From an uncultured Candidatus Saccharibacteria bacterium (GTDB taxonomy: Bacteria > Patescibacteriota > Dojkabacteria > B142 > OLB20): a DNA stretch of 64,000 bases. Of this stretch, positions 59,802 to 64,000 are shown in pieces. The notes beneath the pieces are model-generated. The model saw only the letters and a list, made by a program, of their open reading frames with translations, did not search any database and had not been told where the DNA came from. The DNA is taken from positions 407,205-471,204 of the forward strand of contig CAYWVD010000001.1 in NCBI GenBank assembly GCA_964461915.1, in the 5' to 3' direction. Every line of letters begins with the position of its first letter. The stretch's first letter is position 1. A program made the position numbers and the translations under genes.

Positions 59802-60743
59802 ATGAAAATTAAAGCTCTCAATCTTACAAAAAAATACGGATCAAAAACAGTAGTTAACAATATCAATTTTGAAATCCGCAATGGTCAAATATTGGGACTT
59901 CTTGGCCCAAATGGAGCCGGTAAGTCAACTACAATTAAAATGCTTTCGGGTCAAATTGAACCGACTTCTGGTCTTATAGAAATTGATGGACAACAATATT
60001 CAAAAATTCCTTCAAAATTCAGAACTCAAATTGGTGTTATGCCACAAGATGTTATTATCTGGGATTCTTTAACTGTTAAAGAAAACCTCGAGTTTTCCGG
60101 GAAGATATATAAACTATCAAATAAAGAACTAATTAAGAGACGCGACTTTTTGATCGATGCCTTAAATCTGAAAAAGGAATTGAATACAGTAGCGGATCAT
60201 CTTTCGGGCGGATTCAAAAGAAGACTCAATCTTGCCATTACAATAATGAATAATCCGGGCGCAGTATTTTTAGATGAGCCAACTCCAGGCATCGATCCTC
60301 AAAACCGAAGATTTTTATGGGAATACATTTCAAATCTAAAAACAGAGGACAGAAGTGTAATCTTAACTGATCATTATTTAGATGAAGCTGAAAAGCTGGC
60401 AGATTATGTTGTTATTATTGATAATGGAAATGTAATCGCGGAAGGCACTGTCAAAGAACTTAAAAAGAAGCATGGGAGTGGAGATTTAGTCCTAATAAAG
60501 TTCATTGAATCAAGTAAAAAAACAGAACTTGAAAGCTTTTTACACAAATTGAAAAATTCACATCCTGAAAGCAAACTTTTCGATAATACAATTTCAATAA
60601 ACACTTCTAATCCAATTGAAACAATGAAATTTGCTTTACAAGAAGTAGAAAAGGGCGGTCTTAAATACGAAGAATTCCAACTTAAAGAACCAACACTTGA
60701 AGATATATTTTTAATTTTGACAGGGAAAAATATCCGAGAATGA
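59802..60743 (+). CDS. ABC transporter ATP-binding protein (ABC-2 / CcmA-NatA-like) with C-terminal accessory domain
   Basis: Walker A GPNGAGKST, signature LSGGFKRRL, Walker B VFLDEPTPGID, H-loop; ~80-aa C-terminal extension. Confidence 0.8.
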   Translation: MKIKALNLTKKYGSKTVVNNINFEIRNGQILGLLGPNGAGKSTTIKMLSGQIEPTSGLIEIDGQQYSKIPSKFRTQIGVMPQDVIIWDSLTVKENLEFSGKIYKLSNKELIKRRDFLIDALNLKKELNTVADHLSGGFKRRLNLAITIMNNPGAVFLDEPTPGIDPQNRRFLWEYISNLKTEDRSVILTDHYLDEAEKLADYVVIIDNGNVIAEGTVKELKKKHGSGDLVLIKFIESSKKTELESFLHKLKNSHPESKLFDNTISINTSNPIETMKFALQEVEKGGLKYEEFQLKEPTLEDIFLILTGKNIRE

Positions 60744-61840
60744 TAGCACTAGCAATAGCTAAGAAAAACTTTATCGAATTTTTTAGAAATTTTAAAAGCA
60801 ATTTGATCGTTGTCATTTTGCCAATAATTTTCTTTGTTATTTTTGGTTTTATTTTTAATAACGATAGTAATATATCTTTCCCCATCGCCACTTTTAACGA
60901 AGAAAGCTTTACCAATCAAAATGGAATCATATTAGCTCAGGTAAAAGAACTTAAAAACACAGATAATGCACCACTTTTCCAAATATCAAAGTTTACCGAT
61001 CTTGATGAGGCTAAAGATTCAATAAGGGCAAATACAAATATTTTATTGCTATCAGTTAATGACAGTGGGAAATTAAGCGTACTAGGCGATGATAGGAATG
61101 TCTATTTTAATTCCGCTGTCGGGATTATAAATAATGTCGTAGATGCCGTTTATCAAATTGACTCAAATTTGATTGAAAAAATAAATATCAATGTATCTGA
61201 CGACAAGACATTTTCTGCATTCGACATGCTGGTTCCCGGATTAATTGTTTATGGCCTTTTAATTATGATCCCCCACAATGCCGGCCAATTCACAGAACTA
61301 GTGGCTAAAAAGAAGATCTTTAGATTGTTTTTATCATACGCTACGGGCAAAGACATCATTTTTGGTTATATAATCTCACAAACCCTTTTGAGCCTTTTAC
61401 AGACTTTCCTGCTCTTTGTAGTAGCTCAAATGTTTGGTTTTAAAACAGACGCCAATGTCCTTGAAATCTTGGTAATAGCAATCCCAACGAATCTTTTCAT
61501 AGTAGGAACAAGCCTACTTATCGGCGGACTTGTTAAAAATGTTGATAATGCAACGAATCTAGGGACTATGATTTCTGTGGTTTTAGGATTTTTATCCGGA
61601 AGTTTTATTGTCGGAATCGAAAACATTATGAGAATTGGTGAGTTTATGGGACATCAAATCTCTTTCAATCAAATATTCCCATCAACCTTCGCAACTCAAG
61701 CCTGGACTCAGATGCTTTTATTTTCAAAACATCTGGGCGATCTAAGTTTTGAACTTGTAGGTTTGACATCCTTTAGTTTGGTGATCTTAATTGCTGGCAT
61801 AATTATTTACAACAAAAACCAACTAAATCGCATTGATTAA
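60740..61840 (+). CDS. ABC-2 family transporter permease
   Basis: 6 TM with large extracytoplasmic loop after TM1; start overlaps the ATPase stop (ATGA). Confidence 0.7.
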   Translation: MIALAIAKKNFIEFFRNFKSNLIVVILPIIFFVIFGFIFNNDSNISFPIATFNEESFTNQNGIILAQVKELKNTDNAPLFQISKFTDLDEAKDSIRANTNILLLSVNDSGKLSVLGDDRNVYFNSAVGIINNVVDAVYQIDSNLIEKININVSDDKTFSAFDMLVPGLIVYGLLIMIPHNAGQFTELVAKKKIFRLFLSYATGKDIIFGYIISQTLLSLLQTFLLFVVAQMFGFKTDANVLEILVIAIPTNLFIVGTSLLIGGLVKNVDNATNLGTMISVVLGFLSGSFIVGIENIMRIGEFMGHQISFNQIFPSTFATQAWTQMLLFSKHLGDLSFELVGLTSFSLVILIAGIIIYNKNQLNRID

Positions 61841-61847
61841 TCAAAAA

Positions 61848-61858
61848 TGTGATATAAT
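61848..61858 (+). promoter_or_regulatory. Extended -10 promoter element TGTGATATAAT upstream of the DEAD-box helicase gene
   Basis: Perfect TGnTATAAT ~135 nt upstream of the ATG at 61993; AT-rich upstream. Confidence 0.45.
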
Positions 61859-61992
61859 ATATCCTTGTAATAAGCTTCGGTTGTCTTAAGTTAATAAATA
61901 TCGGAGCCCTGCCTCCGATATGAAAATCTCATTTTTAGGGGCCACAAAATCGATTGACTATCGATTATTTATTTTTATGTCATTTTTATATA

Positions 61993-63318
61993 ATGAGAAA
62001 TTTTAACAATTCAAGACGACCTTCGAATTTTCGAGGTGGTAGTTCACAAAGCAGTACTTCACAAGGCGGGTATTCTCGAGGTGGTAATTCACGAGGAGGG
62101 TATTCACGAGGCGGAAGCTTCCATGGCAGAAACCCACAGGGTGGAAACTCACGAGGCAACAGCTTTGGAGGAGGTTCCGGTTCAAAATACCGCAGAGGAA
62201 CTAAAAAAACCGGCTTCGCTTTTAACGAAAGCATGTTTATCAAAGCAGCGGAATCCGTTGAAGAAAAGCCATATATCCCAATATTCAAATTCAGCGAACT
62301 AGAAGTTGATCCCATTTTAAAAGAAAATATTTTAAGAAAAGGCTACGATAATCCAACACCTATCCAAAATGATTCCATCAAGAACATTATGGAAGGCAAG
62401 GACCTGCTTGGCATTGCCGATACAGGTACGGGTAAGACCGCAGCTTTTTTAATTCCCTTGGTAGACAAGGTAATTAATAATCCACATAGCAAAACTTTAA
62501 TAATTACTCCAACAAGAGAGTTAGCCGATCAAATCAATCAAGAACTTTTCTTCCTAACACGCAATTTAGGCATTTATTCGGTTCTATGTATTGGTGGGGC
62601 GTATATGAGTAATCAAATTTATAACTTACGAAAAGGTTACAATTTTGTCATCGGAACCCCAGGTAGATTAAAAGATCTTTTCGATAGAAAAGTCTTAAAT
62701 CTTAATGGATTCGACACAATTGTACTAGATGAAGTTGATAGAATGCTTGATATGGGCTTCGTTCACGAAATCAAACACCTTATCTCATTTTTACCAAAAG
62801 AAAAACAGTCATTATGTTTTTCTGCAACAATAGATAAAAAAGTAGAAGAAATAATTAATGAACTTTTAAAACCCGAATACATTAAAATCTCCATCAAAAC
62901 CGGAGTTACAGCTAAAAACATTGAACAAAATATTATCCGTGCTAAAACTAGGGAGGAGAAAATCGTTGAACTCGAGAAACTTTTAAAATCCGATCAATTT
63001 GATAAAATTTTAATTTTCGTCAACACAAAAAGAGAAGTCGATAAACTCGACAAACATCTCTACGGTAGAGGATTCAGAGTAACATCAATCCACGGCGAAA
63101 GACGACAAAACGAAAGAAAAAGATCAATCGAAAGTTTTAAAACCGGAAAAGCAAAAATCTTGATCGCTACCGATGTAGCAGCAAGAGGCTTAGATATTAA
63201 CAATATCTCACTCGTTGTAAACTATGACATTCCTATGAACTACGAAGACTACATCCACAGAGTAGGCCGTACAGGAAGAGCAAACAAAAAAGGAATGGCT
63301 TTAACTTTCGTTGGGTAA
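61993..63318 (+). CDS. DEAD-box ATP-dependent RNA helicase with N-terminal RGG/GGYSRGG low-complexity tail
   Basis: Q-motif region, motif I ADTGTGKTAAF, Ia PTRELA, II VLDEVDRMLDMGF (DEVD), III SAT, V, VI HRVGRTGRANKKG. N-terminal ~75 aa RGG-rich (RGGSSQ..GGYSRGGNSRGGYSRGG...). ORF-track alternative start at 61954. Confidence 0.85.
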   Translation: MRNFNNSRRPSNFRGGSSQSSTSQGGYSRGGNSRGGYSRGGSFHGRNPQGGNSRGNSFGGGSGSKYRRGTKKTGFAFNESMFIKAAESVEEKPYIPIFKFSELEVDPILKENILRKGYDNPTPIQNDSIKNIMEGKDLLGIADTGTGKTAAFLIPLVDKVINNPHSKTLIITPTRELADQINQELFFLTRNLGIYSVLCIGGAYMSNQIYNLRKGYNFVIGTPGRLKDLFDRKVLNLNGFDTIVLDEVDRMLDMGFVHEIKHLISFLPKEKQSLCFSATIDKKVEEIINELLKPEYIKISIKTGVTAKNIEQNIIRAKTREEKIVELEKLLKSDQFDKILIFVNTKREVDKLDKHLYGRGFRVTSIHGERRQNERKRSIESFKTGKAKILIATDVAARGLDINNISLVVNYDIPMNYEDYIHRVGRTGRANKKGMALTFVG

Positions 63319-63493
63319 AGTATTATTTTTTACGGAATAGGGCTTTAATTACTAACCTGACAAGAGTCATAGGTATTAATAAGGCAATCTTTGCAGAACT
63401 TTCAATAGACCGTTTAACAAAATTCCTCAACATAGATTGGAATAAACCCAATAATGGTGTAAAATCATTTAAAGTTTTCACACCTTTAATATA

Positions 63494-64000
63494 TTGTCAT
63501 TACATATCTTAGTAACAAAAGAAGAGCTGATTAAAACCCTTCCTTTAAAGTTTCGAAAGGACAAAAAGATCCTTAAAGCAATTCAGATGGCAGAATCGGC
63601 CCATTCCGGCTCAAAAAGGGACAATGGTACAACATATCTTGAAAACCATATCTGGCATATAGGTAAACAAATAATTAAAAATTATTCGGAGGATAGGAAT
63701 TTCAAAACACTTCTAATAACTGGATTATTGCATGACTGCATTGAAGATTCTGATAAATTCCGTCTTAAGGATATTGAAGAGACTTTCGGAAAAAGGATCG
63801 CATCATTAGTTTCAAAATTAACGAAAGACCCAAAACGAGAACACTCAAACTCAAAGATAAAATTCGAATATTTTAAAAAATATATAAAAGGTATTAAAGG
63901 ATCCAAACTGGCTCTTATTATTAAATTCGAAGACAGGCTTGCTAATTTAATGACAATAAATAAATCAGATCTTGAAAAACGACGAGAGAAGACATTACTG
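63494..64000 (+). CDS. RelA/SpoT-family HD-domain protein ((p)ppGpp hydrolase domain), N-terminal part; runs off window end
   Basis: ILKAIQMAESAHSGSKRDNGTTYLENHIWHIGKQII (AH.GQ.R.SGEPY..H motif) and TLLITGLLHDCIEDS (HD motif). Start uncertain (TTG 63494 or ATG 63587). Confidence 0.6.
   Translation, partial: MSLHILVTKEELIKTLPLKFRKDKKILKAIQMAESAHSGSKRDNGTTYLENHIWHIGKQIIKNYSEDRNFKTLLITGLLHDCIEDSDKFRLKDIEETFGKRIASLVSKLTKDPKREHSNSKIKFEYFKKYIKGIKGSKLALIIKFEDRLANLMTINKSDLEKRREKTLL

Noticed and set aside
61986-62315. 109-aa and 60-aa minus-strand ORFs and an 88-aa plus-strand alternative-frame ORF over the RGG-repeat region of the helicase gene
   Set aside because: Open frames are a by-product of the GC-rich tandem TCACGAGG repeat. 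The plus-strand helicase frame is the one with conserved motifs.
63459-63490. Imperfect hairpin GGTGTAAAA...TTTTCACACC ~140 nt after the helicase stop
   Set aside because: One mismatch, AT-rich stem, no adjacent U-tract. Could be a weak terminator but evidence is insufficient.
63682-63906. 74-aa minus-strand ORF
   Set aside because: Overlaps antisense the plus-strand HD-domain (RelA/SpoT-like) coding region, which has clear conserved motifs.
1-64000. CRISPR arrays, IS elements, integrases, toxin-antitoxin pairs, restriction-modification genes
   Set aside because: Scanned intergenic regions and the ORF list. No direct-repeat/spacer arrays, transposase or recombinase motifs, or Mtase/REase signatures were seen. 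The window appears to be core chromosome.

Overview
AT-rich (roughly one-third GC by eye) bacterial chromosomal segment, densely packed with core genes on both strands: about 60 protein-coding genes and 3 tRNAs. No CRISPR array, IS element, integrase or prophage block was seen. Most genes concern the cell envelope and division: a fragmented dcw cluster (mraZ-rsmH-ftsL-ftsI-murA, then a degenerate MurF-like ORF, an ECF sigma factor and a Mur ligase), murG-ftsW, an isolated mraY, a second SEDS gene (rodA), ftsE-ftsX plus an EnvC-like M23 protein, and a glmS-glmM operon followed by a split GlmU. DNA replication and repair genes: dnaE, uvrA, uvrB, xseA/xseB, a UvrD-family helicase-nuclease and nth. 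Translation and tRNA genes: cysS, prfB, rpsT, rplU-rpmA, dtd, pth, ksgA, tgt, miaB-like and truB. Gene content (type-2 IDI, stand-alone trpB, split GlmU, many short type-II membrane proteins) and compact overlapping genes suggest a small-genome lineage, possibly Patescibacteria/CPR-like. That is inference only. The standard code appears to be used: RF2 is present as an unframeshifted full ORF. The most unusual observations: a catalytically degenerate, truncated MurF-like protein translationally coupled to an ECF sigma factor inside the dcw cluster; a circularly permuted M23 domain in the EnvC-like protein after FtsEX; FtsE with a C-terminal HhH-like extension; GlmU split into separate acetyltransferase and uridylyltransferase genes in reversed order; a membrane-anchored tail-fibre-repeat surface protein divergent from mraZ; a clean MraZ operator (3 direct repeats at 10-bp phase); and a DEAD-box helicase with an N-terminal RGG tail and a structured 5' leader.
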